A stretch of DNA of 64,000 nt from an uncultured Sphingomonas sp. (GCA_913775025.1 CAJYJW010000086.1:27205-91204), one strand, 5' to 3'. Positions 7,835 to 17,553 are shown, numbered from the stretch's first letter. The notes: generated from the sequence alone by a model not told the origin. Made by a program: numbers and translations.

Positions 7835-10069
7835 ATGAAAGCTCACAGTATAGTTGCGGTCATATTGTGCGCTGGCGTTTCCAGCGGCGCCTTGGCGCAA
7901 GCTATCGAAGCAGCCCCCGCGGCGGCACCCGCTTCGGCGGCAACGTCGGAGGGTGATCAGGCCGACATCATCGTCACCGCTCAGAAGCGCGCTGAGCGCC
8001 TGCAGGACGTGCCGATCTCGATTACCACCCAATCGGCAGACCAGCTCCAATCCGCCGGTGTGCAAACGACCAAGGACCTGACGAAAGTCGTGCCTGGCCT
8101 GGTCTTCGCCCAGAACGAGGCATTTTCTCAACCTGCGATTCGCGGCGTGACCTCGTCGATCACTGTGGCCGGTGCCGAGAACCCGATCGCGATCTACCTT
8201 GACGGAGTTTACCAGCCGTCGGTTACAGCGGCACTCTATGACCTGCCGGATGTCGATCATATAGAGGTCTTGAAGGGGCCGCAGGGCACGCTGTTCGGCC
8301 GCAACGCCACCGGCGGCGCCATCCAGATCCTGACCAAGACTCCATCCTACACGACGACGGGCAAATTCACGATTGCGGACGGGCTGTATACCGGCGGTTC
8401 CGCGCGCAATGCGAATGAGATTAGTGCCAACGGTTTCATCAGCGGACCGATCGTGGGTGACTCGCTCGCCTACAGCGTATCCGGCTTCTACCGCTACAAT
8501 CCCGGCTACATGGTCAACGACGTAACCGGCGGCCGTGCGGGTCTACAGAGGACCTATGGGACACGGGTCAAGCTGCTCTGGGAGCCTTCGAGCGACGTCA
8601 AGTTCCTTCTGAGCGGTTACTACAACAGGAGCTACGACGAAGCAGCCTATAGCCGCGCACCCTTGAACGGCATCACGACCGGTGCGGCATTCGCGGATGC
8701 CGTGATACCAACACGCCCGTGGCACATCGCGGTCGATCCGAACCAGCCGGATCTCATGCGGCTCAAAGCCTATGGGATCAGCCTGAAGGGCGACATCAAG
8801 ACCTCGGTCGGCACGTTCACCACCATCACCGGCTATTCAAATTCAAAGAACCCAAACTTCGTCAACTCGAGCGGTGTTTACTCACAAAGCTGCGAGCTAG
8901 CATTCACATGTCTGTCGTATAATCTAACCTCCAATAGTGAATCCATATCGCAAGAGGTTGACTATACTTCGGAGAAGTTCGGTATTTTCTCAGTAACCGC
9001 GGGTTTATTCTACTATCATAATTTTGGAAATACGCAGGACGTTGACGTGCTATCCGGCCCGAATGCGAGCATCAGGGCGTTCGGCTATCGCGATTCGGTC
9101 AAGACGAGTGCCTATGCCGGCTTCGCCGAGCTGAACGCCGATATCACAGATCGACTGCACGTCATTCTCGGAGGCCGCTACAGCCGCGAGAAGCTGACCG
9201 CAGACGCCAGTTTCGTCCCATCGCTTCAGGTGCCCGTGCCGGCACCGATCCCCGTCGCGGTACCCGGGCGGAAGGACGATGCGTTCACGTCGCGCGCGTC
9301 CATACGCTACTCTTTCGATCGATCGACCAACGCGTACTTCACCTACAGCAAGGGCTTTCGCAGCGGCGCGCTGCCGCAGCCTTTCGATCCAAACCTGACC
9401 CCGGTTGCGCCGGAGAAGCTTGACTCCTACGAGGTAGGCATCAAGACCGCCCGTCGCCTGTTCTCGTTCAATGCTGCGTTTTTCTACTACAAATATAAGA
9501 ATCTTCAGCTGACCAAGTTCGTAGGCGCGCTTTCCACGCCGCAGAACGCGGCCTCGTCGACGATCTACGGCGCAGACGTGGACGGAAGCATCAAATTGTC
9601 GTCCGATCTGCAACTGACGGCAGGCCTCAACTACACGCCGCGTGCGAAGTTCGACAATTACACCAATGCTCCCTTGTTCTTCCCGCCCGCGACCGGCGGC
9701 TTCGCTCCGCCCATCTCAATCCTCAACGGCGATGCCTCGGGCTTGCGGATCACGCGCATCCCGAAATTCTCGGGCAGCATCGGGGTGAATTGGCAGCATG
9801 AGTTCGACTTCGGCAAGGCGGGGTTCAACGCCAACCTCTATCATTCGAGCAGCTACAAGTGGGACGTGGTCGGTTCGGTGAAGACCAGGGCCTATGAGGA
9901 CCTTTCAGGCCAGTTCTATATCGAAAAGGACGGCGTGCGTGTCTCGATCTTCGGCAAGAATCTGCTGAACAAGGCGGCTATCAACGGCAGCCAGCCCAGC
10001 GACACGGTCTTCCCGGTGCTCTATATTCCGCCACGCCAGATCGGCGTATCGCTCGGCTACAGCTTCTGA
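7835..10069 (+). CDS. TonB-dependent outer-membrane receptor
   Basis: ATG at 7835 with AGAGGGGA SD. Signal peptide ends ..GALAQA. Plug motifs: IIVTAQKRAERLQDVPISIT and VLKGPQGTLFGRNATGGAI. Beta-barrel with terminal ..GYSF. Confidence 0.92.
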   Translation: MKAHSIVAVILCAGVSSGALAQAIEAAPAAAPASAATSEGDQADIIVTAQKRAERLQDVPISITTQSADQLQSAGVQTTKDLTKVVPGLVFAQNEAFSQPAIRGVTSSITVAGAENPIAIYLDGVYQPSVTAALYDLPDVDHIEVLKGPQGTLFGRNATGGAIQILTKTPSYTTTGKFTIADGLYTGGSARNANEISANGFISGPIVGDSLAYSVSGFYRYNPGYMVNDVTGGRAGLQRTYGTRVKLLWEPSSDVKFLLSGYYNRSYDEAAYSRAPLNGITTGAAFADAVIPTRPWHIAVDPNQPDLMRLKAYGISLKGDIKTSVGTFTTITGYSNSKNPNFVNSSGVYSQSCELAFTCLSYNLTSNSESISQEVDYTSEKFGIFSVTAGLFYYHNFGNTQDVDVLSGPNASIRAFGYRDSVKTSAYAGFAELNADITDRLHVILGGRYSREKLTADASFVPSLQVPVPAPIPVAVPGRKDDAFTSRASIRYSFDRSTNAYFTYSKGFRSGALPQPFDPNLTPVAPEKLDSYEVGIKTARRLFSFNAAFFYYKYKNLQLTKFVGALSTPQNAASSTIYGADVDGSIKLSSDLQLTAGLNYTPRAKFDNYTNAPLFFPPATGGFAPPISILNGDASGLRITRIPKFSGSIGVNWQHEFDFGKAGFNANLYHSSSYKWDVVGSVKTRAYEDLSGQFYIEKDGVRVSIFGKNLLNKAAINGSQPSDTVFPVLYIPPRQIGVSLGYSF

Positions 10070-10079
10070 TCGTTCCGGA

Positions 10080-10106
10080 GGCGCGCGGGTGAAATGCCCG
10101 CGCGCC
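10080..10106 (+). terminator. GC-rich hairpin after the receptor gene (10-bp perfect stem, 7-nt loop)
   Basis: ggcgcgcggg-tgaaatg-cccgcgcgcc begins 11 nt after the stop at 10069. No U-tract follows, so it is only a candidate intrinsic terminator. Confidence 0.5.
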
Positions 10107-10221
10107 GATGATCGGCAATCAAGGGCGTTCCGGACTTGTCGAGGGAGGTGAGCCTCGACTGCGATCGACGTCATTCCAGTTTCGAGCGTCATCGACCAGC
10201 CAGAGTAAAATGCAGCGTGGT

Positions 10222-10398
10222 CACCCGTCCAAGATCATGGCCGAGATCGCCGCGCTGACGCCCGGCTTCGAGGCGGTGGGCCACGCCGCCCTCGACGAGC
10301 CGGGATCGATGCGGTGGCCGGCGACCGCCGCGAATCCGGCCGGCACGCCAATGGTGCACGTCGACGCCCTCGCTGGGGGAGGGGAGCGGTGCGCCATC
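10222..10398 (+). pseudogene. orphan fragment of a formate-dehydrogenase-type molybdopterin oxidoreductase alpha subunit
   Basis: Translation HPSKIMAEIAALTPGFEAVGHAALDEPGSMRWPATAANPAGTPMVHVDALAGGGERCAI matches my memory of the conserved HPSEIMDEIAALTP...QWP...GTP..H block near the C-terminal third of FdsA/FdhA proteins. Nothing else of the gene is present. Confidence 0.5.
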
Positions 10399-10486
10399 CT
10401 CGCAGAGCGCGGCGACCGAATCCAATCACGGCGGCGAGGCGGGGCACTCGGACGTGGGGTGAAAGGTCGTCGGCCGGTGTCGCCGG

Positions 10487-11281
10487 TCAGTCGCCCTTGA
10501 ACGCCGGCGTCCGCGCGTTGAGGAAGGCGTCGACGGCCTCGCCATGGTCGCTGCTGAACGCCGAGATCGCCTCGAACCAGACGCTGGCATCGAGCATGCC
10601 TTCAAGCTGACGGCGAAGGGGCAGGTTGATCGCCTGCTTCGTGAGGTTGATCGCGACGCTGGCACCGGCGGCGAGGCGGTCCGCCATGCCGTAGGCGACC
10701 TCGTCGAGCTGCTCACGCGGCACGGCGCGGTTGATGAGGCCCATCGCCGCCGCGTCCTGCGAGAGGATTGGATCGCCGGTCAGCAAATATTCGCGGGCGC
10801 GCATATAGCCGATCAGCTGCGGCCAGATCAGCGCACCGCCGTCGCCCGCCGCATAGCCGACCGCGACATGCGGATCGGCGATCCGGACGCCCTCCACAGC
10901 GTAGGAGAGATCCGAGAACAGGGCGAGCGTCGCGCCCAGTCCGATCGCGTGGCCGTTCACCCGCGCGATCAACGGCTTTTCCAGCCGAAGCATCGCCTCC
11001 AGCAGCCGGCGCGCCTCCACGAAGCCGTGCAACGTCTCGCGCGGCTCGCTCAGCAGCCGCTTCATCTCGCGCACGTCGCCGCCGGCGGAGAAGGCCTTCT
11101 CGCCGCCGCCGGTGATGACGACAACCTTTGTCCGGTGATCCTCATTGACGTCCACCAGGACCCGGCGCAGATCGTCATGCATCACGCCCTTGAACGAATT
11201 GGTCGGCGGATTGTCGAAGGTGACGACCAGCACGCCATTATCACGGCGGTCGAGGGTGAGGGCGGTCACATAGTCGTACAT
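10487..11281 (-). CDS. enoyl-CoA hydratase/isomerase (crotonase family)
   Basis: 264-aa ORF. Motifs: VVVITGGGEKAFSAGGDV and NGHAIGLGATLALFSD. Confidence 0.9.
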   Translation of the reverse strand: MYDYVTALTLDRRDNGVLVVTFDNPPTNSFKGVMHDDLRRVLVDVNEDHRTKVVVITGGGEKAFSAGGDVREMKRLLSEPRETLHGFVEARRLLEAMLRLEKPLIARVNGHAIGLGATLALFSDLSYAVEGVRIADPHVAVGYAAGDGGALIWPQLIGYMRAREYLLTGDPILSQDAAAMGLINRAVPREQLDEVAYGMADRLAAGASVAINLTKQAINLPLRRQLEGMLDASVWFEAISAFSSDHGEAVDAFLNARTPAFKGD

Positions 11282-11584
11282 CGTCAGCTCTTCCCGTTTG
11301 GTCCCCGCCGCGCGCAGCGGCGCTGCCGGCTCTCGACGATCACGATGGCAGCGGTTGCAGCACTGGCAAGCCTGAACGCAGGAACGTCATGCCGGTCTGA
11401 AGTTCATCACCTGCGCGATACTTAGATTCTCGATCACCTCCGGACTGTCGACGAAAATCGCAGCCGCGATGAAGAGTGCCAGGCGGGCTCCGCGAGTAGC
11501 TGGTGATCCGCGAAAGCCGTAAAAGCCGGGGCGTCGACCGGTCAGCGAGAAGATCGGCTACAGCCTCGAAGGGGAGAAGTTGGC

Positions 11585-13903
11585 ATGAAGCGTTTCGGCC
11601 TGCTGTTGTTTGCATCGGTCCAGGCAATCGGGCTTTCATCGATCGCCCATGCCCAGGAGGCGGCATCGCCAGGCGCCGGGGTGGAGGCTGCACCCGCATA
11701 CACCGACATCGTCGTGACCGCGCGGCGGCGCGACGAATCCCTTCAGGACGTGCCGATCTCGATCACCGCGGTTTCCGGCGCCAAGCTGGTCGAGGCCGGC
11801 GCCACCGACATCGGTTCTCTCCAGGCCGTCGCGCCGGCGCTTAACGTCACAACGTCGGGCACCAGTCGCAACGTCTTCGCGCTCTCGCTACGCGGCCAGC
11901 GGACGAACGAGGCGCAGCTGCTCACCGACGCGCCGGTGGGCGCCTATTTCGCGGAAGTGTTGCAGGCCCGCACGGCCGGCTTCGGCTTCTCGCTCTACGA
12001 TCTCCAGTCGGTACAGGTGCTGAAGGGCGTGCAGGGCACGCTGTTCGGCCGCAACATGACCGGTGGCGCGGTGCTGGTAGAACCCAACCGCCCGACTGAC
12101 GAGTTGGGGGGCGAACTGCGCGGCCAGATCGGTAATTATCGCCTGCGCGACGTATATGGCATGCTGAACCTGCCGATCGCCGACTGGGCAGCCGTGCGCG
12201 TTGCAGGCAAGACTCGCGAGCGCAAGGGGTTCACCACCGACGTCAGCGATGGCCGCGACTACGACGACCAGAATTTTGACTCCTTCCGTGCCTCCCTGTT
12301 GCTGAACCCGGGAAGCATCGAGTCGATCACGATCTTCGACTGGGTGCGGAGCAACACCCACGGCTCGGCGCTCTACCCAACCGCGATTGATCCCGCCGCA
12401 CCTGCGATCGCCGCCTACACAACCCTGCGCGGCTTCGGTTTTGCGGTACCCGATCCCGTTGCCCAATTCGGCCGCCAGCAGACGTTCAAGCGGCGGCAGT
12501 TCGATCAAGGACTGGGTGACGGCGGGACGCTTGATGCATATGGCCGAAAGCCAACGGAATACATCAAAAATTACGGGATCAGCAATCGCACGTCGATCCC
12601 AATCGGCGACCTAAAAATCAAGAACATATTTGGATATCGCAAGCTAAAAGCCGAAGTCCTTCAAGACCTTGATGGTGTCCCAGCTGTATTGATCCAGTCT
12701 GATCAGAATAAGCGCATTCAGCAGTATAGCGAAGAGCTGCAGCTGCAGGGCAACGTGCTTAATGATAAGCTGACTTTTGTGTTGGGCGCTTACTATTTCC
12801 TTGAAAAGGGATTTGATGGGTCTACCTCGCAGCAGTTTCCGGAACTGGCGATCATCGGGGCCGGCCTGCCGCTCTCGACGCCTGCGATCCTGTTCCGCAA
12901 CCAGCTCGGTGGAACCGGCCGCGCAGAGGCACTCGCCGGCTATCTGGCGGGCACCTATCGCTTTACAGACAAGTTCCAGCTGTCGGCGGGGGTTCGCTAT
13001 ACGGACGACAAGCGGCGCGCGACGGTCAACCCAAGCCTTCCGGCACTCGGCGTCTGCCTGTTCCGCGATACCAGCGGCACCATGCTTCCGTTCAACGCGT
13101 GTACCCGCACGAATAGCCGCTCTTGGAACGCGCTGACCTGGGACCTCACGCTGCAATACCAGCCGACCGACGACGTCACCGCCTATGTTTCGACCCGGAA
13201 GGGGTTCCGGGCGGGTGGCTTCTCGCTGCGCGCGACGTCGGACGCCGAACTGGCGCCGTTCGATCCGGAGAAGGTGCAGGAATATGAGGTCGGCCTTAAG
13301 AACCGCTTCAATCTTGGTGGCGCGACCCTGTCGACGGCGTTGGCAATCTTCTACCAGGACTATAAGAACGTTCAGAAGCAGGCAGCGGGCATCGACGCCG
13401 CCGGTAACGTAACCACGATCGTCGAGAATACTTCCGCCCAGAAGAATTATGGCGGCGAGTTCGATGCGACGCTGACGTCAGGTCCGGTCAGCCTGACGCT
13501 CGCTTACGCCTACGTCAACGTCGACATCACAAAGGGGCGGCAGCCATTCGAGTATGAGCTTGTCGGCGCGTCGAAGCACCAGCTCGGACTTAATGCCAAT
13601 TACAGCTCCAACATCACAGACGTGGGCGAACTGTCGCTCAACGCCAGCCTTGCCTATCGCAGCGGCGCCTGGCTCGACAAGAATGACGAGCAGGGGCGGC
13701 AGAAGGCATACGCCCTCGTCAACCTGCGCGCCGGCATCGACAATATCGCCGGGACCGGGCTGGGGGCCGCGGCCTTCGCCAATAACGTCACCAACAAATA
13801 CTACCGGATCGGCGTGATCGGCATCTATCGTGAGGCCGGCTATATCGCGAGCACTCTTGGGGAGCCGCGAACCTACGGCCTGGAAGTGTCATATAAGTTC
13901 TAA
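11585..13903 (+). CDS. TonB-dependent outer-membrane receptor
   Basis: Signal peptide ends ..SIAHAQEA. Plug motifs: IVVTARRRDESLQDVPISIT and VLKGVQGTLFGRNMTGGAV. C-terminal ..EVSYKF. Confidence 0.92.
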   Translation: MKRFGLLLFASVQAIGLSSIAHAQEAASPGAGVEAAPAYTDIVVTARRRDESLQDVPISITAVSGAKLVEAGATDIGSLQAVAPALNVTTSGTSRNVFALSLRGQRTNEAQLLTDAPVGAYFAEVLQARTAGFGFSLYDLQSVQVLKGVQGTLFGRNMTGGAVLVEPNRPTDELGGELRGQIGNYRLRDVYGMLNLPIADWAAVRVAGKTRERKGFTTDVSDGRDYDDQNFDSFRASLLLNPGSIESITIFDWVRSNTHGSALYPTAIDPAAPAIAAYTTLRGFGFAVPDPVAQFGRQQTFKRRQFDQGLGDGGTLDAYGRKPTEYIKNYGISNRTSIPIGDLKIKNIFGYRKLKAEVLQDLDGVPAVLIQSDQNKRIQQYSEELQLQGNVLNDKLTFVLGAYYFLEKGFDGSTSQQFPELAIIGAGLPLSTPAILFRNQLGGTGRAEALAGYLAGTYRFTDKFQLSAGVRYTDDKRRATVNPSLPALGVCLFRDTSGTMLPFNACTRTNSRSWNALTWDLTLQYQPTDDVTAYVSTRKGFRAGGFSLRATSDAELAPFDPEKVQEYEVGLKNRFNLGGATLSTALAIFYQDYKNVQKQAAGIDAAGNVTTIVENTSAQKNYGGEFDATLTSGPVSLTLAYAYVNVDITKGRQPFEYELVGASKHQLGLNANYSSNITDVGELSLNASLAYRSGAWLDKNDEQGRQKAYALVNLRAGIDNIAGTGLGAAAFANNVTNKYYRIGVIGIYREAGYIASTLGEPRTYGLEVSYKF

Positions 13904-13912
13904 GGGCAGGGC

Positions 13913-14218
13913 GTGCGGCAGGCCGATGACACAGTCCTGCCGCCCGCGATCATCGACGCGCATCAGCAGTTCTGGACCGGAGGCGGCGCGTATGGCTTTG
14001 CTCACGATCTGCCAGGCGACGATCCCGCCGACGCCGCACCGCCGCAGTCGCGCACTTCGGTGGTCTGCACATACAACGCCTTCAACGATCGTACACTGCC
14101 GCCGGGCCCTGAATTGATGTTCGAGGCGAGGTTCGCAGCAAACGTCGCTGATCAGTCCGGCGATTGCGGGCTCGTGTTCAATCCAATCGATGCGGAGGAC
14201 AGATCGCAGACGCGATAG
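13913..14218 (+). pseudogene. N-terminal stub of an amidohydrolase-2 (PF04909-like) gene
   Basis: The 101-aa ORF opens with ..AIIDAHQQFW.., resembling the IDAHxHxW metal-binding start of amidohydrolase-2 enzymes, but with the second His replaced by Gln. The ORF stops after about 100 residues (the family is about 280). Confidence 0.35.
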
Positions 14219-14307
14219 CGTCGCGGCCGACCTTCGGTGAATTAGGATGCATGGTCTTCGAGCGATAGGGTTTTGTCCAGTAAATCGCTCCGACCTTCGG
14301 GAGAGTT

Positions 14308-15321
14308 GTGATGCGCGGTGTCTTCTTCGAGAATGCCAACGTCCCCTTGCTGCTCAAGTCGCTTCCCGATCCGGAGCCCGGCGAGGGCGAACTGGTGCTC
14401 AAAGTGCATCGCTGCGGAATCTGCGGCTCCGACGTACATCTCACCAAGGAGCATGGCTTCTACCCCGAGAATACGGTGATCGGGCACGAGTTCGCAGGCG
14501 AGGTGGTGGCGGTCGGGAAGGGCGTGGCGGGATTCCGGACAGGCGACCGAATTACCGCCCTTCCGGTAGCCGGCTGCGGTCGCTGTGGCCCCTGCTTCGC
14601 CGGGACGCCGCTGTTTTGCCAGAACGGCGTGACCGGCTATGCCGGTGGCTTCGCCGACTATATGCGCGTGGCAGCGGCGACCGCGCTACAACTGCCCCAA
14701 TCGATCTCGATGGAGGACGGCGCGCTGGTGGAGCCGCTCTCGGTGAGCCTTCATGGCGTGGCGCTCGCACGGATGGAGCCGGGGGCGAAGGTGTTGGTGC
14801 TGGGGGCGGGATCGATCGGGCTGGCCGCGATTCACTGGGCGAGAAAGCTGGGCGCCGGCAGGATCGTCGCCATGTCGCGCTCGGCCCGTCGCGCCGAGAT
14901 GGCGGGCAAGATGGGAGCCGACGCGTTCGTCTGCGCCGGGGAGAACGAATATGCCGAGGTTCAGGCGGCGCTCGGCGGCGCGCCCGACGTGGTGTTCGAG
15001 TGTATCGGCGCCGTCGGCGCGCTCCAGCAGTGCATCAACCACGTCCGCGTCAACGGCACGGTAGTGTCGCTCGGCTTTTGCACGAAGCCCGACGGGGTGA
15101 TCCCCGCGATCACGACGTTCAAGCAGATCACGCTGGTCTTCTCGATGGCCTATTCGGTCGCCGAATTCCGGTTCGCGCTCGACGCCTTCGATCGCGGCCA
15201 TGTCGAGCCGCGTCAGATGGTAAGCAGCGTTATCGCGCTCGATGACGTACCGGACACGATCGAGCGGATGCGCGCCGGCTACGCGAGCGAGATCAAGGTC
15301 CAGGCCCGCCCGGAGCTGTAA
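14308..15321 (+). CDS. zinc-dependent alcohol dehydrogenase (MDR family)
   Basis: Motifs: GICGSDVHL, GHEFAGEVVAVG, structural-zinc CGRCGPC, Rossmann VLVLGAGSIGLAA. Start is GTG 14308 or ATG 14311, after GGGAGAG. Confidence 0.9.
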   Translation: MMRGVFFENANVPLLLKSLPDPEPGEGELVLKVHRCGICGSDVHLTKEHGFYPENTVIGHEFAGEVVAVGKGVAGFRTGDRITALPVAGCGRCGPCFAGTPLFCQNGVTGYAGGFADYMRVAAATALQLPQSISMEDGALVEPLSVSLHGVALARMEPGAKVLVLGAGSIGLAAIHWARKLGAGRIVAMSRSARRAEMAGKMGADAFVCAGENEYAEVQAALGGAPDVVFECIGAVGALQQCINHVRVNGTVVSLGFCTKPDGVIPAITTFKQITLVFSMAYSVAEFRFALDAFDRGHVEPRQMVSSVIALDDVPDTIERMRAGYASEIKVQARPEL

Positions 15322-15362
15322 GGTAGGGGGCGTCGCTCCTCAGCGTGGCGCCCGCCCGCCGG

Positions 15363-16607
15363 TCATTTAGGATCGAAGAGGACATGGAGGTGGTGCGGCA
15401 CGCGCATCATCGCGCCGCGGATCGCAGGCGGCGGCATGTCGGGATCGAGCCGGAGGTTTGGCAGGCGATCGAGAATCGCGGTCATGGCCCGCATCATCTC
15501 GACCCGCGCCAGATGCTGGCCGATGCAGATGTGCGGTCCGGCCGAAAAGGAGACGTGGCGATTGGCATTCGGCCGCCGGATGTCGAAGCGATCGGGATCG
15601 TCGAACTTCGCCGGATCGCGGTTGGCGGCGCCAGCCACGACATGGACGATCGAGTTGGCCGGGATCACGACGCCGGCGACCTGAACGTCGTGGGCCGCCC
15701 ATCGCGCCTGCTCGATCACCGGGCCGTCGAAACGCAGCGCCTCCTCGATCGCGTTCGGTAGCAGCGAGCGGTCCTCGCGTAGCAAGGCGAGCTGGTCGGG
15801 ATGCTCCAGCAGCTTCGCGAGCAAAATACTGGTGCCGCGATACGTGGTGTCCCCCGCGGCGTTGATCAGCTGTCGGAAGAAGGACACGAGGACGTCCTCC
15901 GGCAGATGCTCGCCGTCCACTTCGGCTTGGGCGAGCAGGCTCACCAGATCGTCGCCGGGTTGCCTGCGCCGCTGCTCGATCAGCTTCGGGAAATATTCGC
16001 CGAGTTTGGCATTTGCCTCGGAGCCATGCTTGAAGTCGAACGAGACCAGCGTCTGGGTGACGGCCAGCTTGTGGAACAGCTTGCCCTCCTCCGGCGGCAG
16101 GTCGAGCTGGCGATAGATGACGCCGAATGGATAGTGCAGCGTGAACTGCTGAATCAGGTCCGCGCGGCCGGTGCCGATGAAACTGTCCATCAGATCATTA
16201 ACGACGGGGTCGACGATGCTGTCGCCCCATTTCTTCACATATTGCGGCAGGAAGATCTTCTGGAAGATGCGGCGAAACCGTCCGTGCTCGGGCGGGTCCA
16301 TCGTCGAGATCGAGCGGCCGAAACTGGCGCCGATGTTGAAGGTATAGGCCCTGTTCGAGAAGATCTGCGGTGCCTGCAGCGCCCTGGTCACCTCCTCGTA
16401 GCTTAGGATCATGAAGTGCGGGATGCCCGTGGGGAAGGTGACGTCTGGTCCAAGGCCCATGATCTCGCGATAATCGCCTGGCATGGCGCCGTTCTGCGCT
16501 CTGAGACTGGCGAGGAGCGGGTAAGGGTCTTCATTCTCACCGAAGAAGAATCGCTCCTCGAAGAACGGGTTGAATGCCGTATTGTCGAGGTCGCGCAGCT
16601 TCAGCAT
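15363..16607 (-). CDS. cytochrome P450 monooxygenase
   Basis: ORF 15363..16883 trimmed to the ATG at 16607 (MLKLRDL..). GTG 16616 is an alternative; GGAGAGGAGA lies upstream. The track extension overlaps the next gene. Motifs: AGDTT I-helix, ExxR (EALR), heme loop FSAGPHICIG. Confidence 0.9.
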   Translation of the reverse strand: MLKLRDLDNTAFNPFFEERFFFGENEDPYPLLASLRAQNGAMPGDYREIMGLGPDVTFPTGIPHFMILSYEEVTRALQAPQIFSNRAYTFNIGASFGRSISTMDPPEHGRFRRIFQKIFLPQYVKKWGDSIVDPVVNDLMDSFIGTGRADLIQQFTLHYPFGVIYRQLDLPPEEGKLFHKLAVTQTLVSFDFKHGSEANAKLGEYFPKLIEQRRRQPGDDLVSLLAQAEVDGEHLPEDVLVSFFRQLINAAGDTTYRGTSILLAKLLEHPDQLALLREDRSLLPNAIEEALRFDGPVIEQARWAAHDVQVAGVVIPANSIVHVVAGAANRDPAKFDDPDRFDIRRPNANRHVSFSAGPHICIGQHLARVEMMRAMTAILDRLPNLRLDPDMPPPAIRGAMMRVPHHLHVLFDPK

Positions 16608-16755
16608 CTCGGTCACGATCGTCTCCTCTCCCGGCGCCCGGGTTCTCGAGACTAGATCTTCTATGAAGTGAGCGCTACATGAACCGGCCATCGCATGGGC
16701 GATGGTTGTGCTGTGGGTCTCTCCGTCGTCGGTTCGTCTTGCCCGTCCGGCGCTA

Positions 16756-17553
16756 TCAGATGACGTAGCGAATGGTTTGGCCGCCGTCCGCAGCGATGGT
16801 CTGCCCGTTGACGTAGCCGCCTGCCGCGCTTGCGAGCATGACGACCACGCCGGCAATCTCGTCGGGCTCGCCGAAGCGACCAACCGTTGATCGCGCCATC
16901 TCGCGCGCGAGTTCGACGGGATTGTCGATCAGCCCCTGTGCCATGTCGGTGCGGACCAACCCCGGGGACACGGTGTTGGCGCGGATGCCCGCCTCGCCAT
17001 GCTCTACGGCGATGTTGCGGACATACTGCATCGCCAAGCCCTTGCTCAGTGTATAGCTGTGGTAACGACCGCTGCCGAAGTGGGCGGCGATCGTGCCGAT
17101 GTTGATGATCCGGCCCCAGCGACGGGCGATCATGTCGGGCAGCAGCGCCTGGGTGAGCCGGTGGAGCGCTCTGAAGTTGCCGTCGAGCGTCTTTTCCAGC
17201 ACGGCGTCGCTCATCTCCGCGCTCGGGCCGAAATGGATGTGGAGCCCGGCATTGGCGACGAGGATATCGATCGGGCCAAATGCCTGCCGGCCGCCGTCGA
17301 TGAGCGCCGAGAGCCCGTCCGGGTCCGTGATGTTGGCGGTGAGCGCGACGGCGCGGCCGCCGTCGCGAGCGTTGATCGCGGCAGTGGTCTCTTCGGCGGC
17401 GGCGGCCTTGCGCCCGCACACAATTACATTGGCGCCGTGCTCGGCCAGCCGCTCCGAGATAGCGCGACCGATGCCGCGGCTGCCCCCGGTGACGAGGGCG
17501 GTGCGTCCGCCAAGATCGAAGAGCGTGCCGGCGAAGGCAGAAGCGTGAGTCAT
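16756..17553 (-). CDS. short-chain dehydrogenase/reductase (SDR)
   Basis: Trimmed to the ATG at 17553 (AGGAAGAG SD). Motifs: TGGSRGIGRAI, NAG, YTLSK (YxxxK). Confidence 0.9.
   Translation of the reverse strand: MTHASAFAGTLFDLGGRTALVTGGSRGIGRAISERLAEHGANVIVCGRKAAAAEETTAAINARDGGRAVALTANITDPDGLSALIDGGRQAFGPIDILVANAGLHIHFGPSAEMSDAVLEKTLDGNFRALHRLTQALLPDMIARRWGRIINIGTIAAHFGSGRYHSYTLSKGLAMQYVRNIAVEHGEAGIRANTVSPGLVRTDMAQGLIDNPVELAREMARSTVGRFGEPDEIAGVVVMLASAAGGYVNGQTIAADGGQTIRYVI

Noticed and set aside
13915-13943. Hairpin gcggcagg-13 nt-cctgccgc after the second receptor gene, considered as a terminator
   Set aside because: The loop is large and there is no U-tract. It is mentioned under the amidohydrolase stub but not called as a feature.
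15363-16883. N-terminal extensions of track ORFs (also 275..1630, 26697..27659, 27493.., 28272.., 28727.., 29794.., 36921.., 42167.., 44571.., 45476.., 45553.., 53237.., 56295.., 59448..60272, 61527..62006)
   Set aside because: The extensions overlap the neighbouring gene, are Arg/Pro-rich, and end at an internal ATG/GTG with a good SD where family-typical N-termini begin. The starts were trimmed accordingly.
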